Shown here: positions 18,705 to 28,361 of the stretch, in pieces
Layout of the letters: each line of letters opens with the position of its first letter
Numbering within the stretch: the stretch's first letter is position 1
Origin: Bacillota bacterium
Lineage (GTDB): Bacteria > Bacillota > Desulfitobacteriia > Desulfitobacteriales > JAJXUE01
Direction: 5' to 3'
DNA: 64,000 bases
Assembly: GCA_021783135.1 (NCBI GenBank)
Contig: JAJXUE010000001.1
Span: forward strand, 41,926-105,925
Program-made: the position numbers and the translations under genes
Notes under the pieces: generated by a model
The model's input: only the letters and a program-made list of their open reading frames with translations
Databases searched by the model: none
What the model was told of the DNA's origin: nothing

Positions 18705-21700
18705 CTATTTATCTTGGGCTAAACGTTTATACGATTCGTAACGGGCTTTAGAAGCCTTCTCAGCACTACCGAATAGTTCCTCTGCTGACTCGGGGAAAGT
18801 ATTCAGCAATGAAGTGTAGCGTACTTCGCCCATAATGAAATCCTTAAATGAAGCTGTTGGCTCTTTAGAATCAAGGATAAACGGATTCTTATCAGCGTCA
18901 CTTAGGTCCGGATTAAACCGGTACAGATGCCAGTAGCCGGATTCAACTGCTCTCTTGCTTTCAACTAAACTCTTAGTCATGCCGCCCTTAATTCCATGAT
19001 TAATACATGGTGCGTAAGCAATAATCAAGGAAGGTCCTTTATAACTTTCCGCTTCTTGAATAGCCTTGAGAGCATGCTGCATATTAGCACCGAGCGCTAT
19101 TTGAGCCACATACACATACCCATAGCTCATAGCCATCATACCGAGGTCTTTTTTGCGAATCTTTTTGCCAGCAGCCTGGAATTTAGCTACTGCAGCGGTA
19201 GGTGTTGCCTTTGAAGCTTGTCCGCCGGTATTGGAATATACCTCAGTGTCCATTACCAAGATATTTACATCGTCGCCAGAGGCCAGAACATGGTCCAAAC
19301 CACCATACCCAATATCATATCCCCAGCCATCGCCACCAATAATCCACTGTGACTTTTTAATGAGAAAGTCCTTTTTAGTAAGGATCTCGGCCAGAATTGG
19401 GTTGCCAGACTTGTCCTCTTGAAGTAAAGTAACTACTTTGGCCGAAGCTGCTACCGAAGCATCCGCATCATCAATCCCAGCCAACCATGCCTTAAACGCA
19501 GCTTTAAGATCGTCACTTATTGCTGTCGCAAGAGCTTCCGTCATCAAGTTGGCTATCTTTTCCCTGTTCTGCTTTACTCCCAAATACATACCATACCCGA
19601 ACTCGGCATTGTCCTCGAACAGAGAATTGGCCCAAGAAGGTCCTTTACCCTCAGCATTAGTTGTATACGGCACAGACGGAGCACTACCACCCCAGATTGA
19701 AGAACAACCGGTCGCATTGGCAATCATCATGCGCTCACCATAAAGCTGGGTGAGCAGTTTAACATAAGGTGTTTCGCCACATCCCGGACAAGCACCGTTA
19801 AACTCCAACAATGGGCGGGTAAACTGAGTATTTTTAACTGAATTTTTGTCAACAAGATGGCCTTTATCTGTTACGGTCATCGCATACTCCCAGTTAGCAG
19901 CTTGTTTCGCAACTTGACCTTCCGCATCCTGCATCACCAGCGCCTTGCCCGGAGCAGGACAATTTTCGGCACAGTTACCGCAACCTGTGCAATCGAGCGG
20001 GCTAATCTGAACCCTGTATTGTAAACCCTCGAAAGCTTTACCAATTGTTTTCTTACTTGCAAACGTGTCCGGAGCTTGTTGTACTTCTGCTTCATTCAAA
20101 AGGAAAGGTCTGATTGTGGCGTGAGGGCAGACATATGAGCATTGATTACACTGAATGCATTTTTCAATATCCCACTCAGGCACCATCACGGCAATGCCAC
20201 GTTTTTCATATGCAGCCGTGCCTAATGGTAAAGTGCCGTCTTCCGCGCCGGCAAACGCACTGACAGGCAGACTGTCTCCATCAAGTCGCGACATCGGCCG
20301 TAAAATATTTTTTATAAAATCAGGTTCTTGCTTCGACTCAGCTACCTCACTAGATGCTTCAGCCCAGGCAGCCGGAACGTTTACTTTAACCAGGCATTCT
20401 ATCCCTTTATCGATAGCTGCCTTATTCATATCGACAACTTTTTGACCTTTATTGCAGTAGGTTTTTTCAACAGATGCCTTTAAGTATTCAATGGCTTTGT
20501 CAACAGGGATTACATTAGCCAACTTAAAGAAAGCAGCCTGCATAATCATGTTAATCCGTCCGCCCAAGCCAACCTCGCGAGCAATCGCTACCGCATCAAT
20601 AATATAAAAATTGATATTATTCTTAGCAACGTATTTGCGAATCGAAGCAGGCAGTTTAGCAGCTAATTCGTCTTGTTGCCACGGACAATTTAAGACAAAA
20701 GTTCCGTTCTTTTTAATTCCTTTAACCAAGTCAAACTGATGCACATAGGCGGTGTTGTGACACGCAACGTAGTCGGCTTCTGACACTAGGTAAGGAGACT
20801 TAATTGGTTTAGTCCCGAATCTTAAGTGTGAAATCGTGGCGCCGCCCGACTTTTTGCTATCGTATTGGAAATATGCTTGCGCATATAAATCGGTGTTGTC
20901 ACCAATAATTTTGATTGCCGACTTATTAGCCCCTACAGTTCCGTCAGAACCTAAACCCCAAAACTTACAACTAATCGTTCCTTCCGGTGAAGTTTGAATA
21001 ACTTCTGTCTCAGGCAAGGAGGTAAACGTAACATCGTCGACAATGCCCAATGTGAAGGAATCCTTGACATCATTTTGTTTTAGGTTATTGAATACTGCTA
21101 AAATCTGAGACGGGGTAACATCTTTAGAGCCCAAACCATAGCGTCCACCAACAATTACGGGTTTTACCTCAGCCGAGCTGTAGAATAATTTACAAATATC
21201 AAGATACAGCGGTTCACCTATTGAACCGGGCTCTTTTGTGCGATCCAATACCGCAAGCTTTTTGACGGTTTTAGGTAGAACGTTAAGAAAATACTTAGCA
21301 GAGAACGGACGGTACAGATGAACCTTGATAACCCCTACTTTCGCGCCTTGTGCTACGAGATAGTCCACTGTTTCCTCAACCGTATCACATACCGAACCCA
21401 TAGCCACAATAACATGCTCAGCGTCAGCTGCACCGTAATACGTAAACGGATGGTATTCGCGCCCCGTCAATTTAGTTATTTCTTGCATGTAATTTTCAAC
21501 TATATCGGGAACTAGTTCATAAAAACTGTTAGCTGATTCTCTGCCTTGGAAATAAATATCCGGGTTTTGCGCACTGCCGCGCAAAACAGGATGTTCAGGA
21601 TTTAAAGCCCGGTCTCTGAAAGCTTGGACTGCATCATAATCCACTAGTTTGGCAACTTCAGCATAGTCAAGAACTTCAATTTTTTGAATTTCATGTGATG

Positions 21701-22223
21701 TACGGAAACCGTCAAAGAAGTGTACAAAAGGCACCCTGCCTTTAATTGCACTCAAGTGAGCAATATATCCTAAGTCCATAGCCTCCTGCACATTGGCCGA
21801 CGCTAACATCGCAAAACCAGTTTGGCGCACTGCCATGACATCCTGATGGTCACCGAAAATGGACAAGGCGTGTGCGGCCAAAGCCCTGGCGCTGACGTGG
21901 AACACGCATGGCAGGAGTTCTCCCGCAATCTTATACATATTAGGAATCATGAGCAACAATCCCTGGGAAGCAGTATAGGTAGTAGTTAGGGATCCTGCTT
22001 GTAACGACCCGTGCACTGCTCCCGCAGCGCCGGCTTCGGATTGCATTTCAGCCACTTTTACAGGCTGCCCAAATATATTTTTCTTTCCATGGGCAGACCA
22101 TGCGTCAACGAACTCAGCCATAGTTGACGAAGGGGTAATTGGGTAGATGGCCGTGACTTCCGTAAAAGCATAAGACGCGTGTGCCGCAGCCTCATTTCCA
22201 TCCATTGTTTTCATTTTTGCCAT
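18705..22223 (-). CDS. nifJ: pyruvate:ferredoxin (flavodoxin) oxidoreductase, single-polypeptide NifJ/PFOR type
   Basis: Track ORF trimmed to ATG 22223 (RBS GGAGGAGGA). 1172 aa. Two 4Fe-4S ferredoxin motifs (CIQCNQCSYVCP, CTGCGNCAENCP) and the TPP motif GGDGWGYDIG. Confidence 0.95.
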   Translation of the reverse strand: MAKMKTMDGNEAAAHASYAFTEVTAIYPITPSSTMAEFVDAWSAHGKKNIFGQPVKVAEMQSEAGAAGAVHGSLQAGSLTTTYTASQGLLLMIPNMYKIAGELLPCVFHVSARALAAHALSIFGDHQDVMAVRQTGFAMLASANVQEAMDLGYIAHLSAIKGRVPFVHFFDGFRTSHEIQKIEVLDYAEVAKLVDYDAVQAFRDRALNPEHPVLRGSAQNPDIYFQGRESANSFYELVPDIVENYMQEITKLTGREYHPFTYYGAADAEHVIVAMGSVCDTVEETVDYLVAQGAKVGVIKVHLYRPFSAKYFLNVLPKTVKKLAVLDRTKEPGSIGEPLYLDICKLFYSSAEVKPVIVGGRYGLGSKDVTPSQILAVFNNLKQNDVKDSFTLGIVDDVTFTSLPETEVIQTSPEGTISCKFWGLGSDGTVGANKSAIKIIGDNTDLYAQAYFQYDSKKSGGATISHLRFGTKPIKSPYLVSEADYVACHNTAYVHQFDLVKGIKKNGTFVLNCPWQQDELAAKLPASIRKYVAKNNINFYIIDAVAIAREVGLGGRINMIMQAAFFKLANVIPVDKAIEYLKASVEKTYCNKGQKVVDMNKAAIDKGIECLVKVNVPAAWAEASSEVAESKQEPDFIKNILRPMSRLDGDSLPVSAFAGAEDGTLPLGTAAYEKRGIAVMVPEWDIEKCIQCNQCSYVCPHATIRPFLLNEAEVQQAPDTFASKKTIGKAFEGLQYRVQISPLDCTGCGNCAENCPAPGKALVMQDAEGQVAKQAANWEYAMTVTDKGHLVDKNSVKNTQFTRPLLEFNGACPGCGETPYVKLLTQLYGERMMIANATGCSSIWGGSAPSVPYTTNAEGKGPSWANSLFEDNAEFGYGMYLGVKQNREKIANLMTEALATAISDDLKAAFKAWLAGIDDADASVAASAKVVTLLQEDKSGNPILAEILTKKDFLIKKSQWIIGGDGWGYDIGYGGLDHVLASGDDVNILVMDTEVYSNTGGQASKATPTAAVAKFQAAGKKIRKKDLGMMAMSYGYVYVAQIALGANMQHALKAIQEAESYKGPSLIIAYAPCINHGIKGGMTKSLVESKRAVESGYWHLYRFNPDLSDADKNPFILDSKEPTASFKDFIMGEVRYTSLLNTFPESAEELFGSAEKASKARYESYKRLAQDK

Positions 22224-22378
22224 TAAAACATCCTCCTCCAAAGAATTTTCAATCTAACCCTCACCTAGAGCACCATAAAAGTTTTGTTACATTTGCCAAT
22301 AATCTGAAATAACCGGCAATTGTACGCAATAATAACAAAAGGTGAAAACCTTGTATATAACAAAGCTTCACCTATTTA

Positions 22379-22408
22379 AGTATACTCCCAATATTTTTAT
22401 TTCGTCAA
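22379..22408 (-). promoter_or_regulatory. candidate sigma-A promoter for PFOR
   Basis: Minus strand TTGACG (22408-22403), 18 nt, TATACT (22384-22379). This implies a roughly 150-nt leader. Confidence 0.4.
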
Positions 22409-22441
22409 TAGATTATACATGTATACACAGATTTAGGAGTT

Positions 22442-22705
22442 TTAATTTACAATAAATTGTAAAACCCCTAACATTGCAATTCCCGGAACCCCAAGTATTC
22501 CCGTAACGATAACAGTAAACGCATTAAGTGGTATGTTAAAGTTAAAATATGCCCCTGCAAAGTTTAATCCCCACAGGATAACTAATCCTAATATCGTGTT
22601 CAAGCTAATCTTGGCCATCAGCTTAGCTGGTTGAAAAATAAGAGCGCCGATAAACAAAATGCTTAATCCAAGCGTTACTAAAAGAAAGATCAGGGTCGTG
22701 CCCAC
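22442..22705 (-). CDS. bofA: pro-sigma-K processing inhibitor BofA
   Basis: 87-aa two-TM protein ending in GILGVPGIAMLGVLQFIV. Follows yaaL and recR as in B. subtilis. Confidence 0.85.
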   Translation of the reverse strand: MGTTLIFLLVTLGLSILFIGALIFQPAKLMAKISLNTILGLVILWGLNFAGAYFNFNIPLNAFTVIVTGILGVPGIAMLGVLQFIVN

Positions 22706-22915
22706 TCAACATCCCTCTTTTCTATGGACCGCACGTAGGCGCTTAATCGCGTCACAACATGCATATTCAGCTTCCCTTAGTTTCTGTATAGCCCTGTCAA
22801 TAGAGTCTGCCTCAACTGCTTGATTAAAAAGCTCCCGGGCTGATATCAGGTCAGCAATTGCACTACGATAAGCTTGTACCAATTCTAACGGTTGATCGAC
22901 ACAATTTGGTTTCAT
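22706..22915 (-). CDS. yaaL: YaaL (DUF2508) family protein
   Basis: 69-aa helical protein between recR and bofA (synteny). AIADLISARELFNQA...AEYACC pattern. Confidence 0.65.
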   Translation of the reverse strand: MKPNCVDQPLELVQAYRSAIADLISARELFNQAVEADSIDRAIQKLREAEYACCDAIKRLRAVHRKEGC

Positions 22916-22963
22916 TTAACTCCCCCCATTATTATAGTTATGGGGAAAGTTTGTGAGATATTA

Positions 22964-23001
22964 CTAAAAACAGGATAAAGGTGTTGCTACCCTTATCCTG
23001 T
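22964..23001 (-). terminator. Rho-independent terminator after recR
   Basis: Stem CAGGATAAGGG / CCTTTATCCTG (one bulge) followed on the minus strand by TTTTTAG. Confidence 0.7.
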
Positions 23002-23023
23002 AAAAAAGTTTGCCTGATTATCA

Positions 23024-23617
23024 CTATAGTTCCCTGCGTCCCTCAAGCGCGCGCAGTAAAGTCACTTCATCCGCATATTCTAAGTCTCCGCCGACGGGTA
23101 GTCCATGCGCAATTCTCGTTACCTTAACTCCTAATGGTTTAAGTAGTTTCGCCAAATAAAGCGCAGTGGCTTCCCCTTCAATATTAGAATTTGTAGCCAC
23201 AATAACTTCTTTGAGCGTCGGAGTGCGGGCGAGCAATTCCTTGATTTTTAACTTTTCCGGGCCAATTCCGTCCATGGGTGATATGGCCCCATGCAAAACA
23301 TGATAGAGTCCTTTAAACTCCTTTGTCTTTTCAAAGGCAATCACGTCTTGTGGATGTTCAACGACACACAACATAGCTTGATCACGCGTTTGTTCTGTAC
23401 AGACATGACAAGGGCTAACATCGGTAAGATTGCTGCAAACCTCGCAATACTGAATTTGTTCCTTAGCGTTAATCACCGCGTTGGCCAGGCCCTTCGCTTC
23501 TTGCATAGGACTGTTGAGGATGTGAAAGGCAAGTCGTTGGGCAGTTTTCGGCCCAATACCCGGTAACTTAGCTAGTTCCTCAATTAACCTCGCCATTGGT
23601 TCAACATAGTAATACAT
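23024..23617 (-). CDS. recR: recombination protein RecR
   Basis: [15 protein letters not shown] helix-hairpin-helix, C4 zinc finger (CEVCSN...CHVC) and a Toprim domain. Confidence 0.95.
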   Translation of the reverse strand: MYYYVEPMARLIEELAKLPGIGPKTAQRLAFHILNSPMQEAKGLANAVINAKEQIQYCEVCSNLTDVSPCHVCTEQTRDQAMLCVVEHPQDVIAFEKTKEFKGLYHVLHGAISPMDGIGPEKLKIKELLARTPTLKEVIVATNSNIEGEATALYLAKLLKPLGVKVTRIAHGLPVGGDLEYADEVTLLRALEGRREL

Positions 23618-23618
23618 A

Positions 23619-23942
23619 CTAAAATAGTCCGGGTATGTTCATCCCGCCCGTAAGTTTACCCATTTCTTGGTTGACCATTTCTTGCGATTTGCGCAAAGCT
23701 TCATTCACTGCCGCAGTTATCAAGTCTTCTAGCATTTCTGGATCTTCCGGGTCAATAACCTCCGCAGTAATCTTAATCTCAACAATTTCTTGCTTGCCGT
23801 TGGCAACTACTTTGATTGCTCCTCCGCCTGCAGTGGTCTCAACTAACTTCGTAGCCATTTCCTCCTGCATTTTGGCCATGTCCGCCTGCATCTTCTGGAC
23901 CTGTTTCATCATTTTCTGCATATTACCGCCACCGAATCCCAT
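23619..23942 (-). CDS. ybaB: nucleoid-associated protein YbaB/EbfC (YaaK)
   Basis: [22 protein letters not shown] start. 107 aa, between dnaX and recR. Confidence 0.9.
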   Translation of the reverse strand: MGFGGGNMQKMMKQVQKMQADMAKMQEEMATKLVETTAGGGAIKVVANGKQEIVEIKITAEVIDPEDPEMLEDLITAAVNEALRKSQEMVNQEMGKLTGGMNIPGLF

Positions 23943-23958
23943 TGTAAATACCCCTTTC

Positions 23959-25599
23959 TTATTCCCTGACTTCGACTAAAGCTTTGCCAAAAACTTTAAC
24001 CGTTTGACTTACTAAATCGTCTTGGTCTATATCATTGGCATTTTCACCGGCAATAACACATTTAATGCCCAACTGGTAGCCCATGACACTGAATAATGCT
24101 TCTTCGACCACCAGCTTATTATCCGGTTGACTAATTTTATCCCGATGAAAATTGTGAGATTCTTTAAATCCTACAATTAATATACCATCATTTAAGCCAA
24201 TTGGTAAACTTTCCACTAAAAATGCGTACGTTCCGATTTTAGTTTTTTTAACTGTTTCCAGTAGTCTCTTCCATTCTTGCTTAACTTGGGCCAGATTAAT
24301 CTCCGTCACTTTGTGCTTAGCAACAGCCCGCTGACTGTCGGCCTGACTGTCAGCCTGTATGACCGGTTGGATGTCCGCCTGTATCCTGACACCACTTGTG
24401 GGTTGCTTGATTTGCTCCGGAGTCGTCTGCACATCACTGGCTGGTGTAAATGGGCCTTGGGCAGCAGACACTGATTTGAGGGGTAACTGATCCTCCTTAG
24501 CCAATGCAGCAAGGTTATCGCCGCTGCAGGCTGTAATCAAAGCCACCTCTAATGTTATTCTGGGCTGAGTGGAAAAACGCAAATCGGATTCAGACTTTAT
24601 CAGCATAGTAATCAACTCAGTAAGCTTTCCGATATTTATTTTGCTACTTTGCTCAATTAATTTAGGTTTTTGTTCAGACGAAACATAAACAAGTTGATTT
24701 TCGACACCAGCGGCTTTGATTATTAATAAGTTACGTAAATTCTCAATAATTTCTTTTAGTATTTGCCCAGGGTCTTTACCTTCTAAAATGAGTTCATCTA
24801 AAAGTGATATTACCCTTACAATATCACCTTGAATGACAGCCTCACACAGAGTAAAAATTTCCTCTTCCTTAAGTGCACCAAGAACATCCAAAACCTTATT
24901 GCGGTCCAAATGATCCCCTATCCCATAGCATTGATCCAGTAAACTCAAGGCGTCCCGCATCCCGCCTTCTGCCTTGCGCGCAATCAACAGCAAGGCATCA
25001 TCATCAATTTCTCCGTCCAACTCACGCGCAACTTCTTTAAGCCGGTGTAATATATCCGGCACAGCAATACGTTTAAAGTCAAATCTTTGTACTCTGGAGA
25101 GTATAGTTCCCGGAATCTTGTGGGGCTCAGTCGTAGCCAGAATAAATACCACTTGGCTTGGCGGTTCCTCCAAAGTTTTTAGTAATGCATTGAAGGCTTC
25201 TGTTGTCAACATATGTACTTCATCAATTATATAAACTTTATACCTGCCTTCACTGGCAGCAAACTTTACTTTCTCACGTAAATCGCGAATTTCGTCAATA
25301 CCACGATTTGAAGCGGCGTCTATTTCCATAACATCTAAGGATATACCCTGCGTAATTTTTTCGCACATCTCACAACGATTACAGGGGGTCGCCGTGGGGC
25401 CGGATGCGCAGTTTAAAGCCTTGGCCAAGATTTTGGCGGAACTGGTTTTACCCGTACCACGGGGTCCACTAAACAAATAGGCATGAGCAACCCTGCCGCT
25501 GATTAATGCATTTTGCAACGTAATGCTGATGTGGTCTTGACCAATTACTTCCTGGAAATCCTTCGGCCGCCACTCACGGTAAAGTGCTTTATAAGCCAT
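23959..25599 (-). CDS. dnaX: DNA polymerase III subunit tau (DnaX)
   Basis: Track ORF trimmed to ATG 25599 (RBS GGGAGAG). [10 protein letters not shown]-loop, CNRCEMC zinc module, DEVHML Walker B and SRVQRF SRC motif. Confidence 0.95.
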   Translation of the reverse strand: MAYKALYREWRPKDFQEVIGQDHISITLQNALISGRVAHAYLFSGPRGTGKTSSAKILAKALNCASGPTATPCNRCEMCEKITQGISLDVMEIDAASNRGIDEIRDLREKVKFAASEGRYKVYIIDEVHMLTTEAFNALLKTLEEPPSQVVFILATTEPHKIPGTILSRVQRFDFKRIAVPDILHRLKEVARELDGEIDDDALLLIARKAEGGMRDALSLLDQCYGIGDHLDRNKVLDVLGALKEEEIFTLCEAVIQGDIVRVISLLDELILEGKDPGQILKEIIENLRNLLIIKAAGVENQLVYVSSEQKPKLIEQSSKINIGKLTELITMLIKSESDLRFSTQPRITLEVALITACSGDNLAALAKEDQLPLKSVSAAQGPFTPASDVQTTPEQIKQPTSGVRIQADIQPVIQADSQADSQRAVAKHKVTEINLAQVKQEWKRLLETVKKTKIGTYAFLVESLPIGLNDGILIVGFKESHNFHRDKISQPDNKLVVEEALFSVMGYQLGIKCVIAGENANDIDQDDLVSQTVKVFGKALVEVRE

Positions 25600-25640
25600 C
25601 TTCGTAATCTCTCCCATTTGCCCTCGGCTAAGGTCTCACC

Positions 25641-25671
25641 TATAAAAAAAGATGGTTAAAACCATCTTTTT
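25641..25671 (-). terminator. Rho-independent terminator after SRP RNA
   Basis: Minus strand AAAAAGATGG ttttaa CCATCTTTTTTTAT. Confidence 0.8.
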
Positions 25672-25682
25672 ATAAAATAATT

Positions 25683-25960
25683 GACCGCACACCCAGCTTC
25701 GAATCAAGACTTCCAGACGATACCCAAGCAGTAAACTCAATCCAGGCCACCCTGCGGCACACGGAAGGCCTCCCTTAGTGCTGCTTCCGTCAGGATCTGA
25801 CACGGTTCAGAAGTTTCCGTTGCGCAGGACCCAGAAATCCTCATCACTTACTTGAGCCAGCTCCACAAGACAAGACCCTAAGACTGGGAGTTCAACCTCG
25901 CTATAGCGGATTGCGAGTTACAAGGAACCGCTACCTCCCCATCTAGTACGATCAAAAATC
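25683..25960 (-). ncRNA. ffs: signal recognition particle RNA, long Bacillus-type (scRNA/4.5S homologue with Alu domain); ends approximate
   Basis: The minus strand contains the domain IV core GTCAGATCCTGACGGAAGCAGCA...GTGCCGCAGGGTGGCCTGG and the Alu-domain GGGGAGGTAGCGGT...CAATCCGC. The 5' GATCGTAC (25954-25947) can pair with the 3' GTGCGGTC (25690-25683). Located upstream of dnaX as B. subtilis scr is. Confidence 0.85.
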
Positions 25961-25977
25961 AACTTAGGTAGTTACTA

Positions 25978-26006
25978 ATTATACCAGACATAGTGGGTAA
26001 AAGCAA
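25978..26006 (-). promoter_or_regulatory. candidate promoter for SRP RNA
   Basis: Minus strand TTGCTT (26006-26001), 17 nt, TATAAT (25983-25978). Confidence 0.45.
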
Positions 26007-26054
26007 TTTGAGCAAAAATAAAGACCAGGCAAAACCATGGTCCCAGTTTTATAG

Positions 26055-26147
26055 TGGCGGAGAGAGAGGGATTCGAACCCTCGACACGAGTTACCCCATG
26101 TACTCGCTTTCCAGGCGAGCGCCTTCGACCAACTCAGCCATCTCTCC
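26055..26147 (-). tRNA. trnS: tRNA-Ser (anticodon GGA)
   Basis: Minus strand GGAGAGATGGCTGAGTTGGTCGAAGGCGCTCGCCTGGAAAGCGAG...GAGGGTTCGAATCCCTCTCTCTCCGCCA. Anticodon loop CTGGAAA, long variable arm, encoded CCA. Confidence 0.9.
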
Positions 26148-26300
26148 TTGGTCGAACAACTTTGTCCATCATTCGCGACGAACTTTATTATAGTCAATCT
26201 TGGCTGCTTAGTCAACAGGAAACTATTAGAGCAAAAATTTCTCCAAAATTAATATGATTATCCGTTCAAAAATTAATGTCAATGCCCGTACAATTGTATT

Positions 26301-27293
26301 CTATTTTGGCTTGGACGGATTTAAAGCCAGAAGCTCTTCCCGATATTTTCTAAACTCGACAATCGGAGTATCCCCTGGAATTAAATTTTCACCCATTTTA
26401 AGACTTGTTTTCTTAGGTATTTGCGTTAAAACAACTCTTTTGTCCTGTGCTAATATAATCTTGCTGGTAATAAGCCCAATTAGATTAATGAAATGCTTAA
26501 TTATCGGTAAATTTGTTATTTTATGATAATATCTTATATAAATTACAGAATTTTCTTCATCCACTGGCACAAAACCGGCAAAAACCCTAACCTTATCCGA
26601 AATTACATTTTGCCATATATTTGGAAAGCGAAATTGCAGTTCGTTAAACCCTTGATGCTCATCAATTTGAATTTCACTTGGTTTTAAAGGTATTGTATGT
26701 CCATCATCCGTAGTATTATGTACAAAAATGCGGAGCTGATTTTTGGTACGCCTTACGCCAGGACCATGCACAAGTGTTCGATGACCAATACCGATAGTGG
26801 TTTTATGCACAAATGGTACATGCACTACATCAAGCTGATTTTCAATTGCCCGAGTATAATGCACATTCCAATGGTCGCTAAAAGTTGCGTAGGCAAAGCC
26901 TTGCTTTAGCTCCTCAAAGAACTTAAGCTCGGGTACCTCTATATGTTGGTCACCCCACCATAACCAAATAAAGCCGTATGCTTCTCGCACAATAAAGCTA
27001 TTGACTTTGTAATGCTCAGCAACGGGTGTATTTTTACCATTTGCCGGAATCACAGTGACCTTACCAGAACTATCATACTGCATACCGTGAAAGGGGCATT
27101 CAATGTGGTCGTCAACCACCTTCCCGAGCCCTAGCGAAGCTCCTCTGTGGCAACACTTATCATATATACAACACACTGTTCCATTCTGATCCCGCCAAAA
27201 AACCACTTTTTCTCCAAGACGAGTAACCACAATCGGTTTCTTTTTCGGTACCTCTCTAGCTTCCAACACCAAATACCAGTGATTATTAAGCAA
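26301..27293 (-). CDS. Rieske [2Fe-2S] non-heme iron oxygenase, alpha-subunit-like
   Basis: Rieske motif C48-H49-x16-C66-x2-H69 (CCHRGASLGLGKVVDDHIECPFHG). Mononuclear iron motif D155-x2-H158-x4-H163 (ENQLDVVHVPFVH). Confidence 0.85.
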   Translation of the reverse strand: MLNNHWYLVLEAREVPKKKPIVVTRLGEKVVFWRDQNGTVCCIYDKCCHRGASLGLGKVVDDHIECPFHGMQYDSSGKVTVIPANGKNTPVAEHYKVNSFIVREAYGFIWLWWGDQHIEVPELKFFEELKQGFAYATFSDHWNVHYTRAIENQLDVVHVPFVHKTTIGIGHRTLVHGPGVRRTKNQLRIFVHNTTDDGHTIPLKPSEIQIDEHQGFNELQFRFPNIWQNVISDKVRVFAGFVPVDEENSVIYIRYYHKITNLPIIKHFINLIGLITSKIILAQDKRVVLTQIPKKTSLKMGENLIPGDTPIVEFRKYREELLALNPSKPK

Positions 27294-27430
27294 GATTTCA
27301 TCACCTCATTTAAACGCAAATATCGTAACTATTATTGTCTTATATTAATAATAATTCATTAAGTATTATTCGCTATTGTATTGCCCATTCCTTGTATGCG
27401 AAATAATAACCTGAGAACAAAAACACCCTG

Positions 27431-27470
27431 TAACTAAAAACCAGTACTCCGACTTGACGTCAAAGTACTG
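27431..27470 (-). terminator. terminator after tRNA-Ser(CGA), ending the tRNA-tadA transcription unit
   Basis: Minus strand CAGTACT ttgacgtcaagtcgg AGTACTG followed by GTTTTTAG. Confidence 0.5.
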
Positions 27471-27493
27471 ACATTAAATGTTTTGAAATATTG

Positions 27494-27581
27494 TGGCGGA
27501 GAGACAGGGATTCGAACCCTGGGACCCTTTCAGGTCACTCGATTTCGAGTCGAGCGCTTTCGACCACTCAGCCATCTCTCC
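27494..27581 (-). tRNA. trnS: tRNA-Ser (anticodon CGA)
   Basis: Minus strand GGAGAGATGGCTGAGTGGTCGAAAGCGCTCGACTCGAAATCGAG...CAGGGTTCGAATCCCTGTCTCTCCGCCA. Anticodon loop CTCGAAA. Its 5' end is 1 nt after the tadA stop codon. Confidence 0.9.
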
Positions 27582-27582
27582 G

Positions 27583-28038
27583 TTATCGTAAGCGGCGAAA
27601 AAATGAGCGCATAATATCTGCGCATTCATCTTCAAGTATCCCGCCAATTACCTCTACGCTATGATTAAACAATGGAAATCCGAGAACATTAACCAGGCTT
27701 CCGGCAGCTCCGGCCTTGGGATCCCAAGCCCCAAAAACAACTCGCTGAACTCTTGCTTGCAAAATAGCCCCAGCACACATAGGACACGGTTCAAGCGTAA
27801 CGTATAAGGTAGTTTCGCTTAGCCGCCAATTATTGAGCTTTTGTGTTGCTTGCTTAATTGCCAAAATCTCGGCATGAGCTGTTGGATCTGACTGTGCTTC
27901 CTTGAGATTACACGTGCTTGCTAGCACTGCCCCGTCGCGAACCAAAACCGCTCCTACAGGCACCTCGCCCAATTGATAGGCTCTTTGAGCCTCAGTCAGC
28001 GCCAACCGCATATAATCCTGATGGTTCAGTTCGTTCAC
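27583..28038 (-). CDS. tadA: tRNA-specific adenosine(34) deaminase TadA
   Basis: HAEILAI and [11 protein letters not shown] zinc-deaminase motifs; 151 aa. The start may be GTG 28038 or ATG 28011 (AGGA 4 nt upstream). Confidence 0.92.
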   Translation of the reverse strand: MNELNHQDYMRLALTEAQRAYQLGEVPVGAVLVRDGAVLASTCNLKEAQSDPTAHAEILAIKQATQKLNNWRLSETTLYVTLEPCPMCAGAILQARVQRVVFGAWDPKAGAAGSLVNVLGFPLFNHSVEVIGGILEDECADIMRSFFRRLR

Positions 28039-28049
28039 CTCAAACTTGA

Positions 28050-28128
28050 TGGTGGCCCCGGGAGGACTCGAACCCCCGCAAGACAGGGTTTAGGAAACCC
28101 CCGCTCTATCCACCTGAGCTACGAGGCC
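28050..28128 (-). tRNA. trnR: tRNA-Arg (anticodon CCT), 79 nt with an atypically long variable region
   Basis: Minus strand GGCCTCGTAGCTCAGGTGGATAGAGCGGGGGTTTCCTAAACCCTGTCTTGCGGGGGTTCGAGTCCTCCCGGGGCCACCA. Anticodon loop TTCCTAA. My hand fold leaves 7 nt (GTCTTGC) between the anticodon and T stems. Confidence 0.75.
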
Positions 28129-28137
28129 ATTAAGTTG

Positions 28138-28214
<77 letters not shown>

Positions 28215-28253
28215 AAGATTAAAATTATTACTAAACAAGCATTTTGCGAAAAG

Positions 28254-28342
<89 letters not shown>

Positions 28343-28361
28343 GCATAACAGCGCAACAATT

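Noticed and set aside
22700-22712. In-frame TGA between yaaL and bofA (TGT TGA GTG), considered as a possible selenocysteine or readthrough fusion because selB and selC are present
   Set aside because: There is no SECIS-like hairpin downstream. YaaL and BofA are separate proteins in other Firmicutes. Stop-start abutment is ordinary translational coupling.
24320-24390. About five 12-nt periodic repeats (ctgactgtcggc / ctgactgtcagc / ctgtatgaccgg ...), considered as a tandem repeat or mini-CRISPR
   Set aside because: They lie inside dnaX and encode the Gln/Ala/Asp-rich linker ([18 protein letters not shown]). There are no spacers or cas genes. This is a low-complexity coding repeat, at most a source of length polymorphism.
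25979-26257. Three overlapping 66-78-aa ORFs (25979-26215, 25993-26193, 26054-26257)
   Set aside because: They overlap tRNA-Ser(GGA) and the SRP RNA promoter, so they are artefacts of structured-RNA sequence. The same applies to 27973-28182 and 28205-28408 (over tRNA-Arg and tRNA-Ser) and to 11620-11920 (over the metG T-box leader).
26148-27493. Integrative mobile element at the tRNA-Ser genes
   Set aside because: I could see no integrase, recombinase or transposase ORF and no direct repeat of a tRNA 3' end. Only one cargo gene is present. It is kept as a compositional and synteny anomaly, not called as a mobile element.
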